Positions 53,958 to 63,964 of a stretch of DNA of 64,000 nt are shown here, one piece after another. How positions within the stretch are numbered: position 1 is the stretch's first letter; each line of letters opens with the position of its first letter. Source of the stretch: Myxococcota bacterium (GTDB lineage: Bacteria; Myxococcota_A; UBA9160; JAFDDA01); the NCBI GenBank assembly GCA_965228475.1, contig OZ245817.1, forward strand, positions 4,928,001 to 4,992,000, in the 5' to 3' direction. The notes under the pieces were generated by a model. The model was not told where the DNA came from, searched no databases, and saw nothing but the letters and a program-made list of their open reading frames with translations. The position numbers were made by a program, and so were the translations under genes.

Positions 53958-54137
53958 ATGGCGACCTTCATCGGCACCCTCTTCGTCTTCGCGCTGGTCG
54001 CCGGGGCCATGGCGCTCGGCGTGATGGTCACCGGCCGCGCGCTCCAGGGCTCCTGCGGCGGCACCGGCAAGGCCTGCACCTGCACCCGCGCCGAACGCCG
54101 CTCCTGCGAGCTCGCCAAGGCCACGCGCAAGAGCTGA
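53958..54137 (+). CDS. nqrM: Na+-NQR maturation protein NqrM (DUF539), 59 aa; not in the ORF track
   Basis: MATFIGTLFVFALVAGAMALGVMVTGRALQGSCGGTGKACTCTRAERRSCELAKATRKS; TM plus GSCGG and a Cys cluster, directly after apbE. Confidence 0.85.
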   Translation: MATFIGTLFVFALVAGAMALGVMVTGRALQGSCGGTGKACTCTRAERRSCELAKATRKS

Positions 54138-54727
54138 TGAAGGACCGCCCGGCCGTCCGCGCCACGGACGCCTCCGAAGCCGATCGCATCACCGCCGTTC
54201 TCGCCCTGGCCTTCGCGGGGGATCCCGGCATCCGCGCCACCTACCCGGAGCCCGAACGCTTCCTCGCCCGGTTCCCGGCGTTCGTCGCGGCCTACGGGGG
54301 GAGCGCCTACGAGCACGGCACGGCCCTCGTCGCCGGCGATTTCCTGGGAGCTGCGCTTTGGCTCCCACCCGGGGTCGAGCAGGACGCGAAGGCCCTGGCC
54401 GAAGCCGTGATCGACGGCGCCCCGCAGGCGATGCTCGACGGTGGCTTCGAGGTGATGGGCCGGGCGGCCGCCTTCCATCCGAAGGAGCCACACTGGTATC
54501 TCGCCATGCTCGGGGTCGATCCGCGCCACCAGGGCTGCGGTGCCGGGTCCGCGCTCCTGGCTGCGCAGCTCGAGCGTATCGACGCGGAGGGCCTCCCGGT
54601 CTTTATCGAGACGACCGGCCGCCAGAACCTGCCGCTCTACGAGCGCTTCGGGTTCGAGATCCTGGACGAGTTCCAGGCGCCCGACGGCACCTGGTCCGTC
54701 TGGCCGATGCTCCGCCCGGCGCGCTAG
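54137..54727 (+). CDS. GNAT family N-acetyltransferase
   Basis: GAALWLPPG, HWYLAMLGVDPRHQGCG, NLPLYERFGF. Confidence 0.9.
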   Translation: MKDRPAVRATDASEADRITAVLALAFAGDPGIRATYPEPERFLARFPAFVAAYGGSAYEHGTALVAGDFLGAALWLPPGVEQDAKALAEAVIDGAPQAMLDGGFEVMGRAAAFHPKEPHWYLAMLGVDPRHQGCGAGSALLAAQLERIDAEGLPVFIETTGRQNLPLYERFGFEILDEFQAPDGTWSVWPMLRPAR

Positions 54728-55212
54728 CGCTCCCGCAGGTACGTGTTCGAGAGCGCGTCGGCGTACTCGTTCCAGCGGCTGCCGTCGTGGGCGCGGATCC
54801 AGGCGAGGGTGACGTTCGGGTGGGCGAGGTGGAGGGCGTAGAGCTCCTTCACCAGGTCGAGGTTCGCGATCGGGCCGCTCTTGCGCTTCCAGCCGCGCCG
54901 GGCCCAGCCGGGCGCCCACTCGTTGACGGTGTTCACGCAGAGCTGGCTGTCGGAGTAGATGGTGACGTCGGCGTCTTCGGGCAGGAGCTTGTAGGCCTCG
55001 ATGAGGGCCGTCGCCTCCATGCGGTTGTTCGTGGTGTCCGGGTCCGCGCCGTGGGCCTCTTCGACGATCTCGTCGTCGCGCACCCAGACGAGGCCCCAGC
55101 CACCGGGCCCCGGGTTCCCCTCGCAGGAGCCGTCGGTGAAGACGCCCGTCTTCGGGCCGTCGGTGTAGCGGCGCAGCACCTGCGCCGGTGAAAGCAGATC
55201 GCCCCGAGCCAT
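54724..55212 (-). CDS. rnhA: Ribonuclease HI
   Basis: TDGSCEGNPGPGGWG, TTNNRME, SDS, WIRAH, NEYAD. Confidence 0.93.
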   Translation of the reverse strand: MARGDLLSPAQVLRRYTDGPKTGVFTDGSCEGNPGPGGWGLVWVRDDEIVEEAHGADPDTTNNRMEATALIEAYKLLPEDADVTIYSDSQLCVNTVNEWAPGWARRGWKRKSGPIANLDLVKELYALHLAHPNVTLAWIRAHDGSRWNEYADALSNTYLRER

Positions 55213-55300
55213 TGGGCCCTCTCCCCCTTCGTTCAGATCCGGACCGGGGGATACACCACGTCGGGGCGTCGCACCATGGCGGCCTCGCCGCGGCGCCGCG

Positions 55301-55972
55301 TCACTGCATGCGGCAGGTGTAGCTGTACCGAATGGCGAAGTCGCCGCCGCCCCATCCGCTTTGGGACGAGCCTTCCTTGCGGGTCGCGCCCGTCGTCCGC
55401 GTGGCTCCGTGCGCGCACAGGAGGGCGCCGGAGGTGCAGGAGTAGCCGCGGCTCGTGCCGGCGCGCGTCCAACCCGAGGGGCACGGGTGCGAGATCGTAT
55501 CGTCGAGGTACTCGTAGCACTCGTAGCGGAACTGGTGCGGCGCGCTCAGGTTGGAGAGCTCGGTCATGCCGTAGCCGGCGGAGCAGGCGGGGCTCGCGAC
55601 CTGCCCGCAGGAGTAGAAGCCGTGGGGATGATCCGGCCGGAGCTCCTTCGTGAAGCCGGGCGAGCACTCGCCGACGAGACCCAGGGGCCGGTTCGGGAGA
55701 GCCGGTCCGGCCTGGGGGCTCGCTTCGAAGGCCCGGGCGTCGCCGCGCATCGGCTGGGGGCGGTGGGCCGGGATCTGCCGGCCGGGCCGGACCGCTTCGC
55801 TCTTCGGGCTCACGCTTCGCTCCATCGCGGGCTTCTTCTCGACCGGCTCGAGCTCCTTCGAGGCGGAGGGCGCCGCGCCCATCCGGGGCTGGGCCTGCGC
55901 CGAGCCGGCCAGCGGGGCCGCGCCGAGCGTCGAGGCCAGGGCGAGGGCCAGGGTCGTCGTCGTCCATCTCAC
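55301..55972 (-). CDS. Secreted Cys-rich hypothetical protein
   Basis: Signal peptide, Pro/Ala-rich linker, four C-x2-G...Y-x-C modules. Confidence 0.7.
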   Translation of the reverse strand: MRWTTTTLALALASTLGAAPLAGSAQAQPRMGAAPSASKELEPVEKKPAMERSVSPKSEAVRPGRQIPAHRPQPMRGDARAFEASPQAGPALPNRPLGLVGECSPGFTKELRPDHPHGFYSCGQVASPACSAGYGMTELSNLSAPHQFRYECYEYLDDTISHPCPSGWTRAGTSRGYSCTSGALLCAHGATRTTGATRKEGSSQSGWGGGDFAIRYSYTCRMQ

Positions 55973-56060
55973 GGGGGTCCTCCGGGCGAGCGGCCATCAT
56001 GAACCGCAGGAGTGTAGACGTCGAGCCCGGTCTCGGGATTCAGGCCCGGCGAGGGGGCCC

Positions 56061-57155
56061 TTAGGCGCCCGTCCGGAAGTAGACCACGTCGCCGTCCCTC
56101 ACGACGTACTCCTTGCCCTCGATGCGGGTCTGGCCCCGGGACTTGGCCTCGGCCTCGCTGCCGGCGGCCACGAACTCGTCGTAGGCCGTGACCTCGGCGC
56201 GGATGAACTTCGCCTCGAAGTCGCTGTGGATGGTCCCGGCGGCGGCCGGGGCGGCGGTGCCGCTGCGGATCGTCCAGGCGCGGGTTTCCGTCGGCCCGGT
56301 GGTGAGGAAGGTGATCAGGCCGAGCAGTTCGTAGGCGGCGTGGATCAGGCGATGGAGGCCCGGTTCAGCGACGCCGAGCTCGGCCAGGAACTCGCCCTTC
56401 TCTTCGTCGTCGAGGGCGGCGAGCTCGGCTTCGATCTTGCCGCACAGGCGCACCGTGCCCGCGCCCTGCTTCTGGGCGAACTCTTCGAGCCGGCGGCTCG
56501 TGTCGTTCCCTTCGGCGAGGCTGCCTTCGTCGACGTTCGCGACGTAGAGCACGGGCTTCGCCGTCAGCAGGTGACAATCGCGGAAGAGCTTGCGCTGCGC
56601 GTCGGGGACGGAGAAGGTGCGGGCGGGTTTGCCGTCGCCGACGTGGTCGCGCAGGCCCTGGAGGAAGTCCGCCGCGGCGCGCAGCTCCTTGTCGCCGCTC
56701 TTCGCGCCCTTCTTGGTTCGGTCGAGGCGGCGCTCGAGGGTGTCGAGGTCCGCGAGGCCGAGCTCCGTCTCGATGGTCTCGACGTCGCGCAGCGGATCCA
56801 CGCTGCCCTCGACGTGGACGACGTTCTCGTCCTCGAAGCAGCGCACGACGTGGGCGATGGCGTCGACCTCCCGGATGTGGGAGAGGAACTGGTTGCCGAG
56901 CCCTTCGCCCTGGCTCGCCCCGCGCACGAGGCCGGCGATGTCGACGAACTCGACGGTGGTCGGCACGACCTGCGCGGACTTCGAGATGCCCGCGAGCACC
57001 GCGAGCCGTTCGTCCGGCACCGGGACGACGCCCGTGTTCGGCTCGATCGTGCAGAAGGGGTAGTTCTCGGCCGCGATCTCGTTCGCGGTGAGCGCGTTGA
57101 AGATGGTGCTCTTCCCCACGTTGGGGAGGCCCACGATGCCGCATTGAAGGCTCAT
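56061..57155 (-). CDS. ychF: Redox-regulated ribosome-binding ATPase
   Basis: [42 protein letters not shown]. Confidence 0.97.
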   Translation of the reverse strand: MSLQCGIVGLPNVGKSTIFNALTANEIAAENYPFCTIEPNTGVVPVPDERLAVLAGISKSAQVVPTTVEFVDIAGLVRGASQGEGLGNQFLSHIREVDAIAHVVRCFEDENVVHVEGSVDPLRDVETIETELGLADLDTLERRLDRTKKGAKSGDKELRAAADFLQGLRDHVGDGKPARTFSVPDAQRKLFRDCHLLTAKPVLYVANVDEGSLAEGNDTSRRLEEFAQKQGAGTVRLCGKIEAELAALDDEEKGEFLAELGVAEPGLHRLIHAAYELLGLITFLTTGPTETRAWTIRSGTAAPAAAGTIHSDFEAKFIRAEVTAYDEFVAAGSEAEAKSRGQTRIEGKEYVVRDGDVVYFRTGA

Positions 57156-58291
57156 CCGGCGTCCTGCCCTCGCTGTTGCTGCTGGTAGTTCTCGAGGAAT
57201 TCCTTGCGCCAGGCATCGTAGCGCCCGGCCAGAATCGCGTCGCGCGCGCCCTCCATGAGGCGCTGGTAGAAGCGGACGTTGTGCACCGCCGTGTAGACGG
57301 CGCCGAGGATCTCGTTCGTGTTGAAGAGATGGTTCATGTACGCGCGGCTCACGCCCGCCGCGCAGGTCGTGCAATCGCAGGAGAGGTCGATCGGGTACTT
57401 GTCCCGGCGGTAGCGGCGGTGGGTGAGCCGGATGCGCCCGCGCGACGTGAAGGCCGTGGCGCTCCGCGCATAGCGGGTGGGGATGACGCAGTCGAACAGA
57501 TCGATGCCGTAGCCGATCGCCGCGACGAGATCCTCGGGCAGGCCGACGCCCATCAGGTAGCGCGGCTTGTCCTCGGGCAGGAGCGGCGCGGCGTACTCGG
57601 TGATCTCGCAGAGGAGCTCGTGCCCCTCGCCGACGGAGACGCCGCCGATCGCGTAGCCCGGGAAGTCGAGGGCGGCGAGCGAAGCGGCGCAGGATTCGCG
57701 CAGGCCGCGGAAGGTGCTGCCCTGGACGATCGCGAACAGCGCCTGGTCCTTCCGGGTATGCGCCGCCTGGCAGCGCTGGGCCCAGTCGATCGTGCGACGC
57801 ACGCCCTGGGCGGCGAGCTTCTCCGTCGCCGGGTAGGGCGTGCACTCGTCGAAGGCCATGATGATGTCCGCGCCGAGCTGCTCCTGGATCTGCATGGAGC
57901 GCTCGGGCGTGAGGTTCATCTCCTTGCCGTCGACCTCGTTGCGGAAGACGACGCCCTCGTCGCTGAGCTTCTTCTTCTTGTCGGGGAGGCTGAAGACCTG
58001 GAAGCCGCCCGAGTCCGTGAGGATCGGGCCGTCCCAACCCATGAACGAGTGAAGGCCGCCCATCTTGGCGACGAGGCCCTCGCCGGGCCGGAGGGCCAGG
58101 TGGTAGGTGTTGGCCAGGACGACCTGGGTGCCCGCGGCCCGCACCTGCTCCGGCGCCAGCCCGCGCACGGCGGCGTTCGTGCCCACCACCATGAAGGACG
58201 GGGTGCGGACGGGACCGTGGGGAGTGGTGAAGGTGGCGGCCCGGGCTCGCCCCGACCGGCCCTCGAGCGCCAGCCGGAAGGAATCGGACAC
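57152..58291 (-). CDS. tgt: Queuine tRNA-ribosyltransferase
   Basis: LANTYHL, TDSGGFQVFSL, PRYLMGVG, DLFDCVIPTR, CDCTTC...HN. Confidence 0.96.
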   Translation of the reverse strand: MSDSFRLALEGRSGRARAATFTTPHGPVRTPSFMVVGTNAAVRGLAPEQVRAAGTQVVLANTYHLALRPGEGLVAKMGGLHSFMGWDGPILTDSGGFQVFSLPDKKKKLSDEGVVFRNEVDGKEMNLTPERSMQIQEQLGADIIMAFDECTPYPATEKLAAQGVRRTIDWAQRCQAAHTRKDQALFAIVQGSTFRGLRESCAASLAALDFPGYAIGGVSVGEGHELLCEITEYAAPLLPEDKPRYLMGVGLPEDLVAAIGYGIDLFDCVIPTRYARSATAFTSRGRIRLTHRRYRRDKYPIDLSCDCTTCAAGVSRAYMNHLFNTNEILGAVYTAVHNVRFYQRLMEGARDAILAGRYDAWRKEFLENYQQQQRGQDAG

Positions 58292-58354
58292 GGGGAGGCC
58301 TAGCCGGCCGTCTTGCGCGAGGCGGACACGGGAGGCCTAGCGGTAGGTCTTGCG
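58285..58354. repeat. Degenerate ~32-bp direct repeat at the small-gene/tgt junction
   Basis: cggacacggggaggcctagccggccgtcttgcg / cggacacgggaggcctagcggtaggtcttgcg. Confidence 0.7.
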
Positions 58355-58465
58355 GACGCCCGAGCTCTGGCGCTTGCGGCGGCGCTGGTGCTTGGCCTTC
58401 TGCTTGGCGCGGTAGCGCGAGGACTTGCCCCGGTTTCGGTGGGGAAGCGGCTTGGCCTTCTTCAT
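58337..58465 (-). CDS. 42-aa highly basic small protein
   Basis: MKKAKPLPHRNRGKSSRYRAKQKAKHQRRRKRQSSGVRKTYR; GGAG upstream; AAG-rich codons. Confidence 0.7.
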   Translation of the reverse strand: MKKAKPLPHRNRGKSSRYRAKQKAKHQRRRKRQSSGVRKTYR

Positions 58466-58616
58466 GGCGGAGGCTCCGTCGGACGACTCAAAAGGGTTCT
58501 GGGGGCGGGGCCGCTGGCCTCGCCTGGGGCGCCGGACTCTAGGGGAGACCCCGGCTAAAGTCCACCACATGGCCCCCACGACCCCCGAGGCGCCCGGCGC
58601 AGCCGCGCTCGAGCGC

Positions 58617-59777
58617 ATGATGGATTTCGAGCTCAACGAGGACCAGCGCCTCGTCCGCAAGACCGTCCGTGAGTTCGCCGAGAAGGAGCTCCTCCCCCAC
58701 GTCGAGCGCTACGAGGAGGAGGCCCGCTACCCGGTCGAGCTGATCGCGAAGCTCCCGCCCCTGGGCCTGATGGGCCCCATGATCCCCGAGCAGTACGGCG
58801 GCTCCTTCAGCGACGTCCTCACCTACGGGGTGATCTGCGAGGAGCTGGCCCGGGTCGACTGGGTCGTGGCCTCGGTGGTGAGCGTCGCGAACTCGCTGCT
58901 GGCGAGCAGCCTGCTCGGCCACGGCACCGAGGAGCAGAAGGAGAAGTGGCTCCCGAAGATCGCCTCGGGCGAGGTGCTCTGCTCGGCGTGCCTGACCGAG
59001 CCCGGCGGCGGGACCGACCTCGGCAACCTGCGCACGACGGCCCGCAAGGTCGAGGGCGGCTGGCGCCTCGACGGCACGAAGGTCTTCATCTCCCATGCCG
59101 CGCACGCCGGGCTCTTCCTGGTGGTGGCGAGCGTCGACCTCGCGAAGAAGCACAAGGGCGTGACGGCCTTCCTGCTCGACCCGCACGAATCCGCCGAGGG
59201 CCTCACCATCGGCGAGTTCCCGATGCGGACGCTGAAGCGCGACAACCTGGCCGAGGTCCACTTCGAGGATTGCTTCGTGCCGGATGCGAACCTGCTCGGC
59301 GAGCCGGGCCGCGGCTTCCCGATCCTCGGCGGCGCCCTCGATACCGGCCGCTTCTCGGTGGCCGCCCGCTGCGTCGGCCAGGCCCAGCGCTGCCTCGACC
59401 TCGCCGCGCCCTACGCGATGGAGCGCGAGGCCTTCGGCCAGAAGATCGGCGACTTCCAGATGATCCAGGAGAAGGTCGCGGACATGGTGGTCCGCACCGA
59501 GGCGGCGCGGCTGCTCGTCTACCGCCTCGGCCGCATGAAGGACGCGGGCGTTCCGCGGGCCTCGCTCGAATCCTCGATCGCGAAGCTCCACTCGAGCCAG
59601 GCCGCCGTCGCCAACGCGCTCGACGCGATCCAGATCCACGGGGGCTACGGCCTCTCCGCGGAGTACGAGATCGGGCGGCTGCTCCTCGAGGCGAAGTCCC
59701 TCGAGTTCGGCGAGGGAACGAGCGAGCTGCACAAGAAACTGATTGCCGAGTTCGCCCTCGGCCTGCGCAAGCAATAG
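58617..59777 (+). CDS. Acyl-CoA dehydrogenase (start uncertain; 58569 possible)
   Basis: MDFELNEDQ, LTEPGGGTD, GTKVFIS, REAFG, IQIHGGYG, EGTSE. Confidence 0.93.
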   Translation: MMDFELNEDQRLVRKTVREFAEKELLPHVERYEEEARYPVELIAKLPPLGLMGPMIPEQYGGSFSDVLTYGVICEELARVDWVVASVVSVANSLLASSLLGHGTEEQKEKWLPKIASGEVLCSACLTEPGGGTDLGNLRTTARKVEGGWRLDGTKVFISHAAHAGLFLVVASVDLAKKHKGVTAFLLDPHESAEGLTIGEFPMRTLKRDNLAEVHFEDCFVPDANLLGEPGRGFPILGGALDTGRFSVAARCVGQAQRCLDLAAPYAMEREAFGQKIGDFQMIQEKVADMVVRTEAARLLVYRLGRMKDAGVPRASLESSIAKLHSSQAAVANALDAIQIHGGYGLSAEYEIGRLLLEAKSLEFGEGTSELHKKLIAEFALGLRKQ

Positions 59778-59791
59778 AGGTGGGGGAAATC

Positions 59792-60349
59792 GTGTCTCTC
59801 GAAACGGCGCGCCGCGAACTGCTCGATCTGATCGTCGAGCTCTCCTTCGAGCGGCGGAAGGTCACCCTCGCGAGCGGCAAGGAGAGCGATTTCTACCTCG
59901 ACCTGCGCAAGACGCTGATGCACCCGCGCGGAATGCGGCTCGCGGGTCAGCTCGCGCTGGCGAAGCTCATGCAGGGCGGGACGTTCGTCGACAGCGTCGG
60001 CGGCATGGCCGTCGGTGCGGTGCCCTTCGTCTCGGCGGTGCTCGCCGCGGCGTCCGAGGACGAGTCGAGCCCGCTGCGCGGGTTCTTCGTGCGCAAGGAA
60101 GCGAAGAAGCACGGCCTCGGCCGCCAGATCGAGGGAAGCTTCGCGCCCGGCCAGACCGTGGCGCTCGTCGAGGACACTACGACCACCGGCGGCTCGACCC
60201 TCGACGCGGTCACCCTCGTCGAGGAAGCCGGGGGCAAGGTCGCCCGCGTCCTGTGCATCGTCGACCGCGGCGAGGGCGCCGTCGAAGCCTTCGCCGAGCG
60301 CGGGCTCACGCTCGAGCCGATCTTCCTGCGCGAAGACCTGCCCCTCTGA
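59792..60349 (+). CDS. pyrE: Orotate phosphoribosyltransferase
   Basis: TLASGKESDFYLD, VRKEAKKHG, LVEDTTTTGGS, VDR. Confidence 0.93.
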   Translation: MSLETARRELLDLIVELSFERRKVTLASGKESDFYLDLRKTLMHPRGMRLAGQLALAKLMQGGTFVDSVGGMAVGAVPFVSAVLAAASEDESSPLRGFFVRKEAKKHGLGRQIEGSFAPGQTVALVEDTTTTGGSTLDAVTLVEEAGGKVARVLCIVDRGEGAVEAFAERGLTLEPIFLREDLPL

Positions 60350-60356
60350 AGCGCCC

Positions 60357-60895
60357 ATGGAAGCCGGTGCGGAGATCCCGGAATCCCTGCTCGCGGAAGA
60401 CGTCGTCGGTGTGAACCTCGCGCCGGGGACGCTGACCGATCAGCTCGCGCCGGGCCCGAACCTCTTCGTCTTCCTCCGCCACCTCGGCTGCGTCTTCTGC
60501 CGGGAGCAGGTCGCCCGGCTGCGCGAGGCCTCCGAGGCCGACCCGGACTTCCCCTCGGTGCTCTTCTTCTTCCAGGGCACGAGCACCGAAGGCCGCGTCT
60601 TCCTCTCCCGCTTCTGGCCCGGCGCGCGCGCGGTCGCCGACCGGCCGCTGCGCTTCTACGGGGCGTTCGGCATCACGCGGGGCAGCCTTCGTCAGACCCT
60701 CGGCCCCGCCGTCTGGAGCGCGCAGCGACGCGCCCGCGCCGCCGGGTTCGAGCAGGGCGAGCGCTCCGGGACGTCTGGATGATGCCCGGCCTCTTCTGGG
60801 TCGAGGGCCGCCGCGTCCGCTGGCGCTACGAGTACCGCCACGCCGGCGACGCTCCGGACTACGCGAGCCTGCCCGTCACCGTCGCCGCTGGGTAG
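60357..60895 (+). pseudogene. AhpC/TSA-like (SelL-related) redox protein with a 1-nt frameshift near 60770
   Basis: FLRHLGCVFCRE; the natural continuation GDVWMMPGLF...YRHAGD-PDY lies in another frame. Confidence 0.75.
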
Positions 60896-60904
60896 GGGTT
60901 CGTT

Positions 60905-62343
60905 CTAGCCGCGTCGCCAGAAGCTCGGCAGGAGCAGCAGGATCACGGTGTAGATCTCGAGGCGGCCGGCGATCATGCAGAACGAGAGCGCGAGCTTCGC
61001 GTAGGCCGGAAGCGCGTGGAACGATTCCGTCGGTCCGGTCTGGTTGAGGCCGGGACCGACGTTGCCGATCGCGGTCAACGCCGCCGTGAAGGCGCTCACG
61101 AGGTCGTACCCGGCGACGGACATCACCGCCGTCGCCCCCACCGCGATCAGGACATAGGCCAGCAAGAAGGCCCATATCCCATCGAGGACGTCCGCGGGGA
61201 CGGGCTGGCCGTCGTGTTTCACGCGGCCGATGGAGCGGGGGTGGAGGGCTCGGCGAAGGGCCTGGCGCAGCACGCGCACGCCCATGATCACGCGGATGTC
61301 CTTCACGCCGCCGCTGGTCGAGCCCGCCATGCCACCGAGCACCATCAGCTGCAGCAGGATCACGAGGGCGAGAGGAGGCCAGGGGTCGAAGTCCGCGGTG
61401 GCGAAGCCCGTCGTCGTCATGATCGAGACGACCTGGAAGACGGCGCTGCGGATGACGTGGCCCTCTTCCATGCGCCCGTGGAACAGGATGGCGGCGATCG
61501 CCACGCTCGCGCCCGTGACCACGCCGAGGAAGTAGCGGAGCTCACGGTCTTTCGTCACGCGGCGGAAGTCGCCGGCGAGCGCGCGGTAGTGCAGGCTGAA
61601 GTTGATTCCGCCGAGCAGCATGAACGCGATCACGATCCACTCGATCGTGCTGGATTCGAAGGCGCCGACGGAGGCGTTCCGCGTGGAGAAGCCGCCGGTC
61701 GATACGGTGGTCAGCGCGTGGCACGTCGCTTCGTAGACGGAGAGACCTGCATGCCAGAGGAGCAGGCCTTCGACCGCGGTGAACCGACGTAGATGAACAT
61801 CAGTCGGCGCGCCGTCGAAGCGATGCGGGGCCGGAGCTTGTCCGTAGTGGGTCCGGGGATCTCGGCCTTGAACAGCTGCATCCCGCTCACGCCGAGCATC
61901 GGCAGGATGGCCATGCCGAAGACGATGATTCCCATGCCGCCGAGCCACTGGGTGATCGACCGCCAGAGCAGGAGCGAGTACGGCACCGCTTCGATGTCGT
62001 CGAAGACCGTCGACCCGGTGGTCGTGAAACCCGAGACGGCTTCGAAGAGCGAATCGACCGGTTCGAGCACGTCGGCGATGGCGTAGGGCAGCGCGCCGAA
62101 GGACGAGACGAGGATCCAGCCGAGGGTCACGACGAGGAACCCGTCGCGGCTGCGCAGGGTGGCATCGCGCGGGCGGACCGAGGCCGCGACCGAGAGCCCC
62201 GTCACCAGGCAGGCGAGCGAACTCGCGACCAGGGGGAACGTCCGCTCGTGGAAGAGGAGCGCCGCACCGATCGGGATCCACTGGATCACGCCGACGGCGG
62301 CGAGCAGCGAGCCCAGGATCCGCAGGTCGAGCAGCGCGTTCAC
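60905..62343 (-). pseudogene. trkH: TrkH potassium uptake permease with a 1-nt frameshift near 61784
   Basis: SGFTTTG and QWLGGMG in the 5' ORF; STGGF, TTTGF, GSTSGG, GNVGPG, GRLEI in the 3' ORF. Confidence 0.9.
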
Positions 62344-62470
62344 GGAGACTCTCCTCCCGGAGGGACCCTCCGGGGTAGGCGGAATCTACCGCTTTTCACG
62401 GGGATGCGCGGCGCGGGCCGCGGCCACGAAACCCGGTCCGACGGAGTAGAATGCCCGGCCAGGAGGCCTC

Positions 62471-63964
62471 ATGACGCTGAATCTCGGAACCATCCTGCAG
62501 GCGAGCGCCAAGGCGCGGCCGGACCACCCGGCGATCCGCCTGAACGACTTCGCGCTCACCTACGCCGAGCTCGATCGCGCCGCGCGGGGCGTGGCTCAGT
62601 CCCTCCTCGACCGCGGCATCGCCCCGGGCTCGAGCATCGCGATCATGATCCCCAACGTTCCGGAGTTCAGCGTCGCCTACTACGGCATCCTCTACGCCGG
62701 CTGCACGGTGGTCCCGCTGAACGTGCTGCTTTCGGCCCCCGAGGTGCAGTATCACCTCGAAGACTCGGAGTCCCAGCTGCTGTTCGCCCATCCGATGTTC
62801 ACCGAGCCCGCGGCCGAAGGTGCGTCGGCGGCCGGTGTTCCGGTGGTCACCGCCGGCGGCGAAGGCGACGGGACCCTCGCGGCGATGACCGAGGCGGAGC
62901 CGGTGCCCGCCCTGCACCCGACGGGCGCCGAGGACACCGCCGTCATCCTCTACACCTCGGGGACCACCGGGAAGCCCAAGGGCGCCGAGCTCACCCACTC
63001 GAACCTGCTGCTCAACTGTGCGGTGGTCGTGCCGAAGCTCATGCCCCTCGGTCCGGACGAAGTCGCCCTGGCCACGCTGCCGCTTTTCCACTCCTTCGGG
63101 CAGACCTGCATCCAGAACGCGATGATCTCCCTCGGCGCGACGATCACGCTGCTGCCGCGCTTCACGCCCGAGGACGCCCTCGGCGTGATCCAGCGCGACA
63201 AGGTCACGCTCTTCGCCGGCGTGCCGACCATGTACTTCGGCATCCTGAACCACGAGGGCGCCGACGCCTTCGACACCTCGAGCGTCCAGTGGTGCATGTG
63301 CGGCGGCGCGCCCATGCCCGTCGAGGTGATGAAGGCCTTCGAGGCGAAGTACGGCGTCAAGATTCTCGAGGGCTACGGGCTCTCGGAGACGTCCCCGGTG
63401 GCGAGCTTCAACGTGCTCGATCGCCCGCGGAAGGTCGGCTCGATCGGCTACCCGGTCTGGGGCGTCGAGATGTGCATCATGAACGAGAAGGACGAGCCGC
63501 TGCCCGACGAGGAGGTCGGCGAGATCTGCATCCGCGGCCACAACCTGATGAAGGGCTACTGGCGCAAGGGCGAGGCCACGGCCGAGGCCATCCGCAACGG
63601 CTGGTTCCACTCGGGCGACGTCGGCAAGCGCGACGCCGACGGCAGCTACTTCATCGTCGATCGCAAGAAGGACATGATCATACGCGGCGGTTTCAACGTG
63701 TACCCGCGCGAGATCGAAGAGGTGCTCTACGCCCACGAGGCGATCGTCGAGGCCGCGGTGATCGGCGTCCCCCACGAGAGCCACGGCGAAGAGGTGAAGG
63801 CCGTGGTGGCGCTTGCCGCCGGAAAGACGCTCACCGCCGAGGAGGTGATCGCCTTCGCGAAGGAGAGCCTCGCCGCCTACAAGTACCCGCGCGTCGTCGA
63901 GTTCGTCGACGAGCTTCCGAAGGGCCCGACCGGGAAGATCCTGAAGCGGGCGCTCAAGGACTAG
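62471..63964 (+). CDS. Long-chain fatty-acid--CoA ligase
   Basis: YTSGTTGKPKG, EGYGLSETSP, GWFHSGD, DRKKDMI, LPKGPTGK. Confidence 0.94.
   Translation: MTLNLGTILQASAKARPDHPAIRLNDFALTYAELDRAARGVAQSLLDRGIAPGSSIAIMIPNVPEFSVAYYGILYAGCTVVPLNVLLSAPEVQYHLEDSESQLLFAHPMFTEPAAEGASAAGVPVVTAGGEGDGTLAAMTEAEPVPALHPTGAEDTAVILYTSGTTGKPKGAELTHSNLLLNCAVVVPKLMPLGPDEVALATLPLFHSFGQTCIQNAMISLGATITLLPRFTPEDALGVIQRDKVTLFAGVPTMYFGILNHEGADAFDTSSVQWCMCGGAPMPVEVMKAFEAKYGVKILEGYGLSETSPVASFNVLDRPRKVGSIGYPVWGVEMCIMNEKDEPLPDEEVGEICIRGHNLMKGYWRKGEATAEAIRNGWFHSGDVGKRDADGSYFIVDRKKDMIIRGGFNVYPREIEEVLYAHEAIVEAAVIGVPHESHGEEVKAVVALAAGKTLTAEEVIAFAKESLAAYKYPRVVEFVDELPKGPTGKILKRALKD

Noticed and set aside
60780..60782. TGA as a selenocysteine codon in the SelL-like gene
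   Set aside because: The redox motif is already CxxC (TGC codons), and the conserved continuation needs a frameshift rather than readthrough
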